Below, piece after piece: positions 50,048 to 64,000 of a DNA stretch of 64,000 nt (the first letter of the stretch is position 1; each line of letters begins with the position of its first letter). The notes below the pieces were generated by a model, which saw nothing but the letters and a program-made list of their open reading frames with translations, had not been told where the DNA came from and made no database searches. A program made the position numbers and the translations under genes. The stretch spans positions 832,001-896,000 of the forward strand of contig OZ245366.1 of NCBI GenBank assembly GCA_965226585.1. Direction: 5' to 3'. This DNA comes from Thermodesulfobacteriota bacterium (GTDB lineage Bacteria > Desulfobacterota_D > UBA1144 > Nemesobacterales > Mycalebacteriaceae).

Positions 50048-51283
50048 TCAAGCCCCGAATTTCGCGAGACGCCCGGCGTGCGCGAGAGCAAGCGGCATTA
50101 TTTCAACCGACCTTATGATTCCCAGTTCTCCCGTCCGGCAGTCAATTTCGTTGAAGCCTTTTGTGCCGCCGATGCTGTGGCGCGAACTGATAATAAGCGG
50201 AACCGGATGCCAGCTGTGAGCCGCCATCAGCGCGGGCGTTGAGTGGTCTCCCGTAATTATCAGAACGTCCGGGCACAGCGCGAGCAGGCGCGGAAGCAAC
50301 TTGTCAAACTCCTCTATGGCGCGCGCCTTTTCACGGAAGTTCCCGTCTTCCCCGTATCTGTCCGTGGCTTTTACGTGCGTGTACACGAAGTCAAATTCAG
50401 AGAAAATCTTTTCCGTGCCCTCAACCGCCTGCCCGGTGCCCGCCCCGCGAGGGTCTCGTATTTCCATTCCCAGAATTCCCGCCACGCCCCGGTACATCGG
50501 ATACGCCGCGACACACGCCGCCCGCAGTCCGTATGTTTCGCCAAACGGTTTAAAATCCGGGGGAGTTGAAAAACCCCTGAGAAGAACACAGTTCGCGTTT
50601 TTCCCGTCTTTCAGAATTTCACGCGCTTTTTTGCAAAATATGCCCGCCGCCCTAGCCGCCGCTCTGGTCTTTGCGTTCCGGCTTTCCGTTTTTACTTCCT
50701 CCGGAACCGCCGCGCCTTCTTTCTGCGGATCAGTGTCTGATATCTCATGACCGCCCGGAACGGGATGCGGGAACGTGAACACAACAACGAACCTGTGTTC
50801 AAGCCCCGGAACTATTTTCACCTTCGCCCCTCCCGCCTTTTTTATTGATGACGACAGCCGCTTCACAAGCGCCGCGCTTTGTTTTGTTGAGATTCTTCCC
50901 GCCCTTCTGTCCGTGAGGATTAACTCTTTTCCCCGCGCGCGGGCGGTGGCGAAATTCCCTCTTGCCACAACATCGTTTTTCCCGATTTTTATTCCAAGCC
51001 CCGCCGCCTCCACAACGCCCCTGCCCATCTCGGACGATACGGGGTCGTAACCGAAAAGACCCAGATGAGCGGCTCCGCTTCCGGGCGTGATTCCCGGTGC
51101 CACGGGAGTATGAAGCCCGCACGAAGACGAGCGCGCCAGTTTGTCCAGATTCGGTGTTTTTGCCGCCTGAAGTTCGGTTTTTCCCTTAACCGGCAAGCCG
51201 CCAAGCCCGTCAAGCACGCACATCAGAATGCGCGAATCCGACTTCACACGGATGCTCTCCACAAGTGAACGCATATCAGACAA
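50048..51283 (-). CDS. apgM: 2,3-BPG-independent phosphoglycerate mutase (ApgM type)
   Basis: LDGLGG, A.TPNLD.LA, PGS..AHL.LFGYDP, HVK.TD and TGDHSTP....HSWHPVP motifs. Confidence 0.9.
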   Translation of the reverse strand: MSDMRSLVESIRVKSDSRILMCVLDGLGGLPVKGKTELQAAKTPNLDKLARSSSCGLHTPVAPGITPGSGAAHLGLFGYDPVSSEMGRGVVEAAGLGIKIGKNDVVARGNFATARARGKELILTDRRAGRISTKQSAALVKRLSSSIKKAGGAKVKIVPGLEHRFVVVFTFPHPVPGGHEISDTDPQKEGAAVPEEVKTESRNAKTRAAARAAGIFCKKAREILKDGKNANCVLLRGFSTPPDFKPFGETYGLRAACVAAYPMYRGVAGILGMEIRDPRGAGTGQAVEGTEKIFSEFDFVYTHVKATDRYGEDGNFREKARAIEEFDKLLPRLLALCPDVLIITGDHSTPALMAAHSWHPVPLIISSRHSIGGTKGFNEIDCRTGELGIIRSVEIMPLALAHAGRLAKFGA

Positions 51284-52064
51284 TTTTCCTCTCCTCCCCT
51301 TTTCCGTTTATTTCAAAAACCGCCCCGTCTTTTGCGGGCTCAACATTTTCCGGCAGATTGTTTTTCAGCTCAAAGTAGTCCATATCGCAACTCATGTGCG
51401 TCAACACCGCTTTGCGCGGGGATATGATTTTTATCTGCTCAAGCGTCTGCTCAAGGTTGAAATGAGCCGGATGCGGCTTGCGCCTGAGAGCGCCGATTAT
51501 CAGAAGCTCAACCCCTGAAATTTTTTCCATCGTCTCTGCGGGGATTCCGTTGCAATCCGTCAGGTAGGCAAAGCCCCCTATTCTGTAGCCCAGAATTTCC
51601 CACGAACCGTGCCTGATTTTCAGGGGAACTATTTTTGTCTCCCCAATGAAAAAGTCATTTTTTATTTCGTTGAGGCGCAGGCTCGGTCTGATGTCGCCCG
51701 TGTCGTCATCACGGAATATGTAACTGAAGTTTCTTCTCAGGTTTTCCGCTGTGGACTGATTCGCGTAGCAGTTTATTACCTTTTTGCCGAACCGCGTGAA
51801 CGGTTTCAGGTCGTCTATGCCGTTTGTGTGGTCGGCGTGGGAGTGGGTGTAGAGAACTGCGCTGATGTCTGTAAACCCCTCGCGGAGCGCCTGATTTCTC
51901 AAATCGGTGGAAGTATCTATGAGGATTTCCAGCCCTCCGGTTTCCACAAGCGCGGAACTGCGCGTGCGTTTGTTCTCAATTTCAGCCGAGCGGCACACTT
52001 CGCAGTCGCATCCCACAACCGGAACTCCCGTGGATGTGGCGCATCCCAGAACGGTTACTTTCAT
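51276..52064 (-). CDS. PhnP-like metallo-beta-lactamase phosphodiesterase
   Basis: LG.ATSTGVP..GCDCEVC, THSHADH..GIDDL, AYLTD and LTHM motifs. Confidence 0.9.
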   Translation of the reverse strand: MKVTVLGCATSTGVPVVGCDCEVCRSAEIENKRTRSSALVETGGLEILIDTSTDLRNQALREGFTDISAVLYTHSHADHTNGIDDLKPFTRFGKKVINCYANQSTAENLRRNFSYIFRDDDTGDIRPSLRLNEIKNDFFIGETKIVPLKIRHGSWEILGYRIGGFAYLTDCNGIPAETMEKISGVELLIIGALRRKPHPAHFNLEQTLEQIKIISPRKAVLTHMSCDMDYFELKNNLPENVEPAKDGAVFEINGKGEERKIV

Positions 52065-52150
52065 TGCCTTGCTCAAACTGTTTTCCGCCGCCACCGGGCT
52101 GGTGAGTCCGCCGGCGGGTAGAGTATACTCCACAGCGGGAGTCTTTCCAT

Positions 52151-57235
<5,085 letters not shown>

Positions 57236-57343
57236 CTGGGAGTTTCTTTTCCGGCGATTCAGGCACTATACTACAACTGCGGCGGGTTGTTGTAAAGTTT
57301 GCGAAAAACCCGCCCCGTTTGCCGCTCGGCGGCTGGCAGTAGA

Positions 57344-60300
57344 GTGTTGCGCTTTTTCAAAACAACAATTTTTCTTTTTCTCACCGCCCTGTTACTTCAG
57401 GCGTTTTCCGCCCGCCCCGCGCTTGCGGAAGATTTTTTGAGACCTAAGGTTGAGAGCCGCATCAGGCAGATACTTCCCAACCTTGAGGTGTCAATCTCCG
57501 AAGTCAGTTCCGGTGCCAGAGGTGTCCGGCTGAACGGTGTAACCGTTTCAAAAGACGGGCAGAAGGTTGCCACGGCGAAAAGCATTTTTATGGGCTACCG
57601 CTTTATGCTTTCCGCAACATTTTTCAAAAGCCTGATTTCGTCCACAAGGGTTGATGTTGAAGGGGTTGAGATTTTCACCCTTGGCGGATTTGGCACAAGC
57701 TTTTCGGGCGGACTGCCGGTGATGAACATCAAGGATTCATCGTTCATTCTGACGGGGCGCCGGATAGAGATACGCCGTTTGGAAGTCTCGTCTGCGCGCA
57801 GAGGCGGGCAACTGAGAGTGTTTATGAAAAACGGGGAAGTATCCGTGCCTCATCTGAAGTTGTCTGTAAGCGGACTGAACTCAGAATCCACGATTACCTC
57901 CGGTGAAAGCGGGCTGTCTTTGGGCGGCGTGAAAGGAGGCGGGAAGATAACAACCCCGCGCGGAGAGGCGCAGACAGAGTTTGAGTTCTCCGCTTCCGAT
58001 AAAAAAGATCTGCTTTGGAGCGGAGGTTTGTCGCTTTCTCTTTCTGAAATTACCGCCTTTCGCGAGAACGTAACGCTTTCGCTTAGTTCTGTCACTCTGG
58101 GGACAAACGGGGAGATTTTTGCGTACGGCAGTGTGTCCACCGGACTGGTTACCTCAAATATAAGGGTGAAACTGGAAACCGCTCCCGGCGGCATGGTTCC
58201 TCGGTTTGCCGCGAACAACCCTTTTGAAATAGAGGGAGATGTTTTGAAGGGAACGCTTAACGTTGGAGGGGTAATGTTTGCCGGTTCGGTGAAAAAAAAT
58301 CTCGACCGCCTTTTTATCTCCGCGCAAATTCCCGAAAACTACTACAAAGACAAACGCGCCAGAGACAGGCTTGACCTGTTCGGAATCGGTCTGCTGGAAT
58401 CCGGTTTCTCGCTTTCTTTCAAAGGCAACAAAATTGACGCCGGCAGTCTGTTCATCAAATCGCCGAAACTTTTTGTGGACACGAAGTTTGAAACGGCAAA
58501 CGGAGACGTGCGCGCGGACTACACGATTGAGTCCGAAGACATATTCTACGTTTCAGATCTGGCGCGGGCGTTGAAACTCTACAGAATGTCCGGCGCTCTG
58601 AAATCCTCCGGCAGTGTTGAGAGAGAGAACGGGGGCGAGACAACCGTGTCGGGAATATTGGAACTGCAAGATTTTTCCGCCACTTTCGGAAGGAGGATGA
58701 ACATCGGGAACGCGAGATTTGATTTTCAGGTTCCCCTCAACCGCTTTTCGCTTGAAAAGTTTTTTGTGCGCGCCCTTATGAGAGACGTTTCATACTCCGA
58801 TATGTTTGCCAAAGAGGCGGACATAAGCTTTGAGAGCGGAGACACATACGCGAAAATGCTGTTTGGCGGTTCGCGCTCACTGACTTTCGCCGCCGAAGTT
58901 GAACGCGCCGGCGACGATTTCAGAGCGGAGATTGAGAAGATGGAGATAAAGGCGGGGAGTTCCGGCTTGTCGCTTTCCCGTTCATTCGGGGTAACGGTTT
59001 CCCAGCAGAGAGCGGAAATAGACGGCGAAGCCGTTATGTACGGCCCCAACGCCTTCCTTCGTTTTTCCGGCTTTTACGCGTACGGACAAAATCCGGAGAT
59101 TAAATTAACCTCAAGTCTGCTGGGCGTGAACACGGAGATGTTTGAGCCGTTTCTCCCCGGTCTTAAGGCGCACAGGGGAATTGTTGGCGGGGAGATAACT
59201 CTGGACGGTCTGCCCGGGTGGCCCGTTATCAACCTGAAACTGAACTACGAAGGCGCGCTGGCAAACGCGGATTTATCTCTTGTTCGCGCCGGTTTTTCTG
59301 AACGTCTGGCGTTCAGCCTGCGTGTTGATGAAGCCGCAAGCGGCAGGTCTCTCAGCCTTGTCGGCGGACTTTCCTCTGACGGCGAAGAAGATCCTCAAAT
59401 CAGAAAATTGATGTTTGAACCGTCAAACTACGACTTGACCTTGAAGGCGAAAAAATTCAGCATTCGTCCCGTCCGGTTTCTGTACAGCAAGATACGCGGA
59501 CTTGAAGGTTATTTCAGCGGCGAGCTCTCGGTTTTCAACACCGAAGACGGCATAAACATTGACGGCGCGGTGGAGATTGACACCGCCAAAGTGAAAGTGG
59601 GCGACTGGACGAAACTCATGGAAATCACTTCCGGACGGCTGGACTTCAAGTGGGACAAAATAGTTTCATCAATAGAACTGCGAGATAATTCGGGTAGCGC
59701 GGGCATTGAGGGAACTTTCGGGATTAGAGACTTTGCCTATCGCTATGAAGCCAATCTTAAAGGGTTGCATCTTCACATAGACCAGATTTATTCGGGTTTT
59801 GACGGCGATCTTTTTATTGACGGCAAGGGAAGAAAAATACGTGTCAGGGCAAGAGACCTGAAGACAAAAGGCGCGGAAATCTGGTTGAGAACAGACTATG
59901 ACAGAGCGGCCGCCGGGATTGTTTATACCGACACGGACACAGACGCTGTTTTCGCGCAAGGCAAAAAACACGGGTTTTTCTACATAGATTCAGACATGGA
60001 TTTTCACCTCACAATTTCCGAAGACACGGAGTTCCGCCTTGACAGGGTCAACTCCATTCTGGGCGGCAGGATTCACATATTGAAAATCCCCGGAGACGAA
60101 TTCATCTCCGTTACGGGAGGATTGAAGATGCTCAGGGGCTCATACAGCATGCTCGGAAGGCAGTTCGTTATAGACAAGGGAGACATCTCGTTTTCATCAA
60201 GAGAGTATTTGAGCCCCGTTGTTGATATAAACGCGCTTTACGAAAGAAGAGGTCTCACGGTAACGGTGAGCCTTTCGGGGGAGGCGAACAACTTGAAACT

Positions 60301-60742
60301 GGGGCTTACAAGTGTGCCCGCGATGAAGGAAGACGACATAATCCTTGCCCTTCTCGACCGGCGGTCGGGAAGAACCGCCACCCGGAACATGGATGTTCTG
60401 GACGCCGTTGTGGACAAAGAGCGCGGGTACTCGGCGTTCGGCTATGTGGCGGATGAGGTTTTATCCTCATCGGTTGAAGACAACCCGTTCAGTTTTGTTG
60501 ACGTGTTCAATATCACGCCGACCGACAGGGGATTATTTAAGGCGGAAGTTGAGATAGGAACCTATCTCACCGACCGGCTGTACACCACATACGAGCGGGT
60601 GAATGAAACCCTTCCCATAACCGCCTCATACAAAAGCAGGTTTTCGGTGCAGTATTCTCTCAGCGACTATTTCATTATAGAAGGCGTGGCGGGCGGAATT
60701 ACTCCCGGAGCCAACCTGCTTTTCAATATTGATTTCAGATAA
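57344..60742 (+). CDS. TamB/AsmA-like large beta-rich protein (start uncertain, 57299-57347)
   Basis: N-terminal hydrophobic helix, about 1100 aa of beta-strand sequence, and TamB-like C-terminal motifs (G.Y...GRQF.I..G.I.F, L.L.S.P....DII.LL, EIG.YLTDRLY). Confidence 0.75.
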   Translation: MLRFFKTTIFLFLTALLLQAFSARPALAEDFLRPKVESRIRQILPNLEVSISEVSSGARGVRLNGVTVSKDGQKVATAKSIFMGYRFMLSATFFKSLISSTRVDVEGVEIFTLGGFGTSFSGGLPVMNIKDSSFILTGRRIEIRRLEVSSARRGGQLRVFMKNGEVSVPHLKLSVSGLNSESTITSGESGLSLGGVKGGGKITTPRGEAQTEFEFSASDKKDLLWSGGLSLSLSEITAFRENVTLSLSSVTLGTNGEIFAYGSVSTGLVTSNIRVKLETAPGGMVPRFAANNPFEIEGDVLKGTLNVGGVMFAGSVKKNLDRLFISAQIPENYYKDKRARDRLDLFGIGLLESGFSLSFKGNKIDAGSLFIKSPKLFVDTKFETANGDVRADYTIESEDIFYVSDLARALKLYRMSGALKSSGSVERENGGETTVSGILELQDFSATFGRRMNIGNARFDFQVPLNRFSLEKFFVRALMRDVSYSDMFAKEADISFESGDTYAKMLFGGSRSLTFAAEVERAGDDFRAEIEKMEIKAGSSGLSLSRSFGVTVSQQRAEIDGEAVMYGPNAFLRFSGFYAYGQNPEIKLTSSLLGVNTEMFEPFLPGLKAHRGIVGGEITLDGLPGWPVINLKLNYEGALANADLSLVRAGFSERLAFSLRVDEAASGRSLSLVGGLSSDGEEDPQIRKLMFEPSNYDLTLKAKKFSIRPVRFLYSKIRGLEGYFSGELSVFNTEDGINIDGAVEIDTAKVKVGDWTKLMEITSGRLDFKWDKIVSSIELRDNSGSAGIEGTFGIRDFAYRYEANLKGLHLHIDQIYSGFDGDLFIDGKGRKIRVRARDLKTKGAEIWLRTDYDRAAAGIVYTDTDTDAVFAQGKKHGFFYIDSDMDFHLTISEDTEFRLDRVNSILGGRIHILKIPGDEFISVTGGLKMLRGSYSMLGRQFVIDKGDISFSSREYLSPVVDINALYERRGLTVTVSLSGEANNLKLGLTSVPAMKEDDIILALLDRRSGRTATRNMDVLDAVVDKERGYSAFGYVADEVLSSSVEDNPFSFVDVFNITPTDRGLFKAEVEIGTYLTDRLYTTYERVNETLPITASYKSRFSVQYSLSDYFIIEGVAGGITPGANLLFNIDFR

Positions 60743-60748
60743 GCGGCG

Positions 60749-61600
60749 TTAACCGAGGACGAGTGACGCCAGCAGATAGAAGGCGGGAAACACGAATATT
60801 ATTCCGTCAAAGCGGTCAAACAGCCCCCCGTGCCCCGGAAGCATTGTGCCGGAATCCTTTACATTTGAATTCCTTTTTATGGCAGACTCAATAAGGTCTC
60901 CCGTTATTGCGGCAAAACCGGCGACAACTCCGAAAAGCAGTGTCAGCGGAACGGACAGCGGGAAGTTGAAAACGTAGTTTGTAATCAAAGCCGCCGCCGC
61001 CGCCGCCGCTATTCCCCCTCCCGCGCCTTCAAATGTTTTGCCCGGGCTGATGGTGGGAACGAGTTTGTTTCTTCCCATGTGTTTGCCTACAAAATAAGCC
61101 GCCGAGTCGTTTGCGGCTCCGCACAGAAAAGCCATCGCCACAAGAAAAAATCCGGGCTCGTTTTTGACAAGGGCGTATTGTGTGTCCATAACAATGGCTG
61201 AGGGCTCAATGTTTCTCAAAAGCACCGCCGCTCCCGTCATCATTCCCAGAAGAACGGTAAAGACGAGAGACATTCCGACTTCGCTCACGTATCCCGATAT
61301 GTCTTTAGTTCCCTTGATTATGTGGACAACAAAAACCGCCATCGCCGTGAGGTAGAACGCATACAGAAAATACTCTTCCCCCGCGTGCGCCGCCGCAAGG
61401 GTTGCCACCACGCATCCCATAAGAAATCCCCGGTTAATCGTCAGCCCGGCGGGAACGAGAAGGCGGTGGAGCTCCCTTCCGACCGCGAGAGACAGGAAGC
61501 ATATAAGAAACAGAAAAGCCGTGCCGCCCATGTAACACAGAACCGTTATAAGAACAAACAGCACGGACGCGGTGAGAACCCTCTTTACCGTATTCATCAT
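60749..61600 (-). CDS. cdsA: Phosphatidate cytidylyltransferase
   Basis: DSAAYFVG, ISPGKTFEG and GDLIESAIKR...KDSG.MLPGHGG.FDRFD motifs. Confidence 0.96.
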   Translation of the reverse strand: MMNTVKRVLTASVLFVLITVLCYMGGTAFLFLICFLSLAVGRELHRLLVPAGLTINRGFLMGCVVATLAAAHAGEEYFLYAFYLTAMAVFVVHIIKGTKDISGYVSEVGMSLVFTVLLGMMTGAAVLLRNIEPSAIVMDTQYALVKNEPGFFLVAMAFLCGAANDSAAYFVGKHMGRNKLVPTISPGKTFEGAGGGIAAAAAAALITNYVFNFPLSVPLTLLFGVVAGFAAITGDLIESAIKRNSNVKDSGTMLPGHGGLFDRFDGIIFVFPAFYLLASLVLG

Positions 61601-61781
61601 TTGGCGTAATTCTACACACAGGGCGCGCTGTTTTTTCCAATTTCCTTCAGGATTTTTACATCCCGCGCGCTTTTCTCCTGAGGCGTTGCCGCTCCGCCGG
61701 TTTCCATTTGCCGCCTTATTGACAATGCGCAGTCGCGTATATATATATCACGCCTTTTTGAAGGCGGGAGGTGAGTTTTTA

Positions 61782-62342
61782 ATGATTCCGGCTACAGCTT
61801 TTGTTACAAAAGGCGTGGGAAAGAGCAGAGAAAAACTGGCAAGTTTTGAGATGGCTTTGCGCGCCGCGCAAATAGCGCAATACAACCTTGTAAGGGTTTC
61901 AAGCATCTTTCCTCCCCACTGCTCACTTGTGCCGCGTTCAAAGGGAGTCAGTATGCTCACTCCGGGGCAGGTGGTTCATGTTGTGATGAGCGAGAACTCA
62001 ACAAACGAGCCCAACCGGCTTCTTGCCGCGTCTGCGGGAATTGCCATACCGAAAGAGAAAAACCGGTTCGGGTACATATCAGAGCATCACAGTTTCGGGC
62101 AGAAAAAATCCCAAGCCGGAGACTACGCCGAAGACCTTGCCGCGTATATGCTTGCCACCACTCTGGGCGCGCCTTTCAACGCGGAGAAAAGTTACGATGA
62201 ACAGAAAGACATCTGGAAGATAAGCGGGCACGATGTGAGAACGCAAAACGTAACTCAGTCCGCCTTTGGAGACGGAAAAGGTTTGTGGACAACGGTTATC
62301 GCGGCGGTGGTTTTCTCGTCTTATATTCCGGTGGATAATTAA
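61782..62342 (+). CDS. pdaD: Pyruvoyl-dependent arginine decarboxylase
   Basis: F.TKGVG, SFEMALR.A.I..YNLV.VSSI.PP (Ser-Ser autocleavage site), GYISEHH and WTTVIAA motifs; GGAGG RBS. Confidence 0.92.
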   Translation: MIPATAFVTKGVGKSREKLASFEMALRAAQIAQYNLVRVSSIFPPHCSLVPRSKGVSMLTPGQVVHVVMSENSTNEPNRLLAASAGIAIPKEKNRFGYISEHHSFGQKKSQAGDYAEDLAAYMLATTLGAPFNAEKSYDEQKDIWKISGHDVRTQNVTQSAFGDGKGLWTTVIAAVVFSSYIPVDN

Positions 62343-62363
62343 AGCGGTTTTCTTTTTCCCGCG

Positions 62364-63632
62364 CTACTCTTTTACCTGCCCCTTCCCTTTAACCAGAAAC
62401 TTTTCAGAGGTTAGTTCCTCAAGCCCCATTGGACCGAAGGCGTGAATCTTTGTCGTACTGATTCCAATTTCCGCGCCCATTCCCAACTCAAAACCGTCGT
62501 TAAACCGCGTGGAAGCGTTGTGTATCACGGCGGATGACTCCACGCCCCGCAAAAACAAATTCGCGTTTGCCTCATCTTCGGTAACAATGGAATCAGTGTG
62601 CATTGAGCCGTGTTTTCTGATATGCGCCATCGCCCCGTGAATATCTTTTACAACCTTCACATTAAGCACAAGGGCGAGATGTTCGGTTTCCCAGTCCGCC
62701 TCGCGCGCCGCCTCCGCGCCGGGAATAAGAGCGGCCGTCTCCGGACAGCCCTTTAACGCCACGCCGCTTTTTTCCAACTCCGCGCAAACTGCCGGAAGAA
62801 AAACAGGCGCGATTTTTTCATGCACAAGCATCGTTTCCATCGCGTTGCAAACTCCCGGACGCTGAACCTTTGAATTGACGCAAATGTTAACCGCCATCGG
62901 GATTTTCGCGGACTCATCCACAAACACATGGCAGATTCCCTTGTAGTGTTTCAGAACCGGTATCGTTGAGTTTTTCACAACAAACTCTATGAGACTCTGC
63001 CCCCCTCTGGGAATTATAAGGTCTATCAACCCGTCCATTTTCAGCATTTGCAGAACAAGTTTTCTGTCTGTGTCGGGAATAACGCTGACGGCTCCCGGAG
63101 GTATTTTCATCTCTGAAAGACAGCCGCGTATTATCTGCCCCAGAACAACGTTTGAATGGAGAGCCTCGGAACCTCCCCTGAGGATTACGGAGTTTCCGGA
63201 TTTCAGGCACAGCGCGGCGGCGTCAACCGTAACGTTCGGACGCGACTCATAAACAATTCCAATCACGCCAAGCGGAATTCTCATTTTTTCAACAGCAAGC
63301 CCGTTGGGTCTTTTTTTCCCGAAATCCGCCACTTTTCCAACCGGGTCTTCAAGTTCCGCGACTTCCTCAAGGCCCCGCGCCATCGCCTCCACCCTTTTGC
63401 CGTCAATCACAAGCCGGTCTATAAGGGCGGGAGCCATCTTTTTCTTTTCCGCCTCTGAGGTGTCTTTTCCGTTCTCCCTGAAAATTTCGTCCTTTTTTTT
63501 AAGAATCTCCGAAGCAATTGCCCTGAGAGCGCGGTTTTTGGCGGGCGAGTCGAGAACGCCCGTTTTTTCCGCCGCAGATTTTGCCTCTGTGGCGATTTTC
63601 TCCATTATGTCGGGGTTGGTTTTTTCAGTCAT
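62364..63632 (-). CDS. proA: Gamma-glutamyl phosphate reductase
   Basis: YESRPNVT, LRGGSEA, IPRGG, CNAME, NASTRF.DG and GPMGL motifs. Confidence 0.97.
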   Translation of the reverse strand: MTEKTNPDIMEKIATEAKSAAEKTGVLDSPAKNRALRAIASEILKKKDEIFRENGKDTSEAEKKKMAPALIDRLVIDGKRVEAMARGLEEVAELEDPVGKVADFGKKRPNGLAVEKMRIPLGVIGIVYESRPNVTVDAAALCLKSGNSVILRGGSEALHSNVVLGQIIRGCLSEMKIPPGAVSVIPDTDRKLVLQMLKMDGLIDLIIPRGGQSLIEFVVKNSTIPVLKHYKGICHVFVDESAKIPMAVNICVNSKVQRPGVCNAMETMLVHEKIAPVFLPAVCAELEKSGVALKGCPETAALIPGAEAAREADWETEHLALVLNVKVVKDIHGAMAHIRKHGSMHTDSIVTEDEANANLFLRGVESSAVIHNASTRFNDGFELGMGAEIGISTTKIHAFGPMGLEELTSEKFLVKGKGQVKE

Positions 63633-63688
63633 GCCGGGAAGAAAAACTATGATAATACGCAGACAGTCTCAACGCAAGCCCGCGCCGC

Positions 63689-63716
63689 TTGACCTGTGTT
63701 TGCCCGTTTGTATAAT
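63689..63716 (+). promoter_or_regulatory. Sigma70-type promoter
   Basis: TTGACC-N16-TATAAT. Confidence 0.6.
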
Positions 63717-63724
63717 AGCAACCA

Positions 63725-64000
63725 GTGTCTTTTACTTGCGCGGCAATAGTTTTGTTCTTGCTTTTTGCGGCACCCGCAATTTCTGCGCCTTCATTGTCAA
63801 AAGTTGTTGACACAGCCGGCGAGTCAGCCCGCAAAGGCGCGGAAGCGCAAGCCCTGATTGACTCGGTGGACTCTGAAGCGGATGCTCTTCTGAGGCGGTT
63901 CCGCGACGAGAACAGGCGCATTGAAGACCTGCGTCTCTACAACCGCCAGCTTGAAATCAGAATCAAAGACCAGAACGCCCTCATAGAGCAGTTGAAAAAA
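63725..64000 (+). CDS. DUF3450-like periplasmic coiled-coil protein (3' truncated; not in the ORF track)
   Basis: GTG at 63725 opens VSFTCAAIVLFLLFAAPAIS (signal peptide)...AQALIDSVDSEADALLRRFRDENRRIEDLRLYNRQLE and stays open to the window end. Confidence 0.65.
   Translation, partial: MSFTCAAIVLFLLFAAPAISAPSLSKVVDTAGESARKGAEAQALIDSVDSEADALLRRFRDENRRIEDLRLYNRQLEIRIKDQNALIEQLKK

Noticed and set aside
49860..50050. tRNA as an integration site for an island or prophage
   Set aside because: No integrase and no duplicated tRNA 3' end seen; flanking genes look host-like
61572..61781. N-terminal extensions in the ORF track (pdaD, sdhA, mdh, fabG, yceD, gloB-like, moaD-like)
   Set aside because: The extensions overlap neighbouring genes or promoters; downstream ATG/TTG starts fit family N-termini, several with a clear RBS

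Overview
Bacterial chromosomal segment of moderate GC content (about 50% by eye) and high coding density. Most of it is housekeeping: ileS, pyruvate dehydrogenase (aceF, aceE, lpdA, lipB), metH, a thrC-like gene plus a sulfur carrier, rpoH-like sigma/dnaK/grpE/dnaJ, a TCA cluster (acnA, icd, mdh, sdhCAB, sucC), fab genes, polX-ligA, a tamB-like gene and proA. Small accessory insertions sit between these genes. The strongest candidate for a new system is a 1251-aa ORF (16461-20216, minus strand). It has an Mrr-type PD-(D/E)xK nuclease and an SF2 helicase resembling the N-terminal half of Type ISP restriction enzymes. In place of a methyltransferase and target-recognition domain it carries nine tandem 66-aa (198-bp) Trp/Lys-rich repeats with patterned variable positions and clear sub-repeat shuffling, so it may be a repeat-programmed nuclease-translocase. 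Other notable items are a tRNA-Leu with the rare A34 anticodon AAG, and dRS3/REP-like palindromes that encode the IleRS C-terminus and also flank the nuclease gene. There is also a long, possibly switchable RNA leader ahead of a surface-protein operon inserted into the PDH cluster, a non-canonical PolX, and a thrC-like/MoaD pair facing metH. All calls come from motif recognition by eye; no database searches were run and the taxon was not determined.
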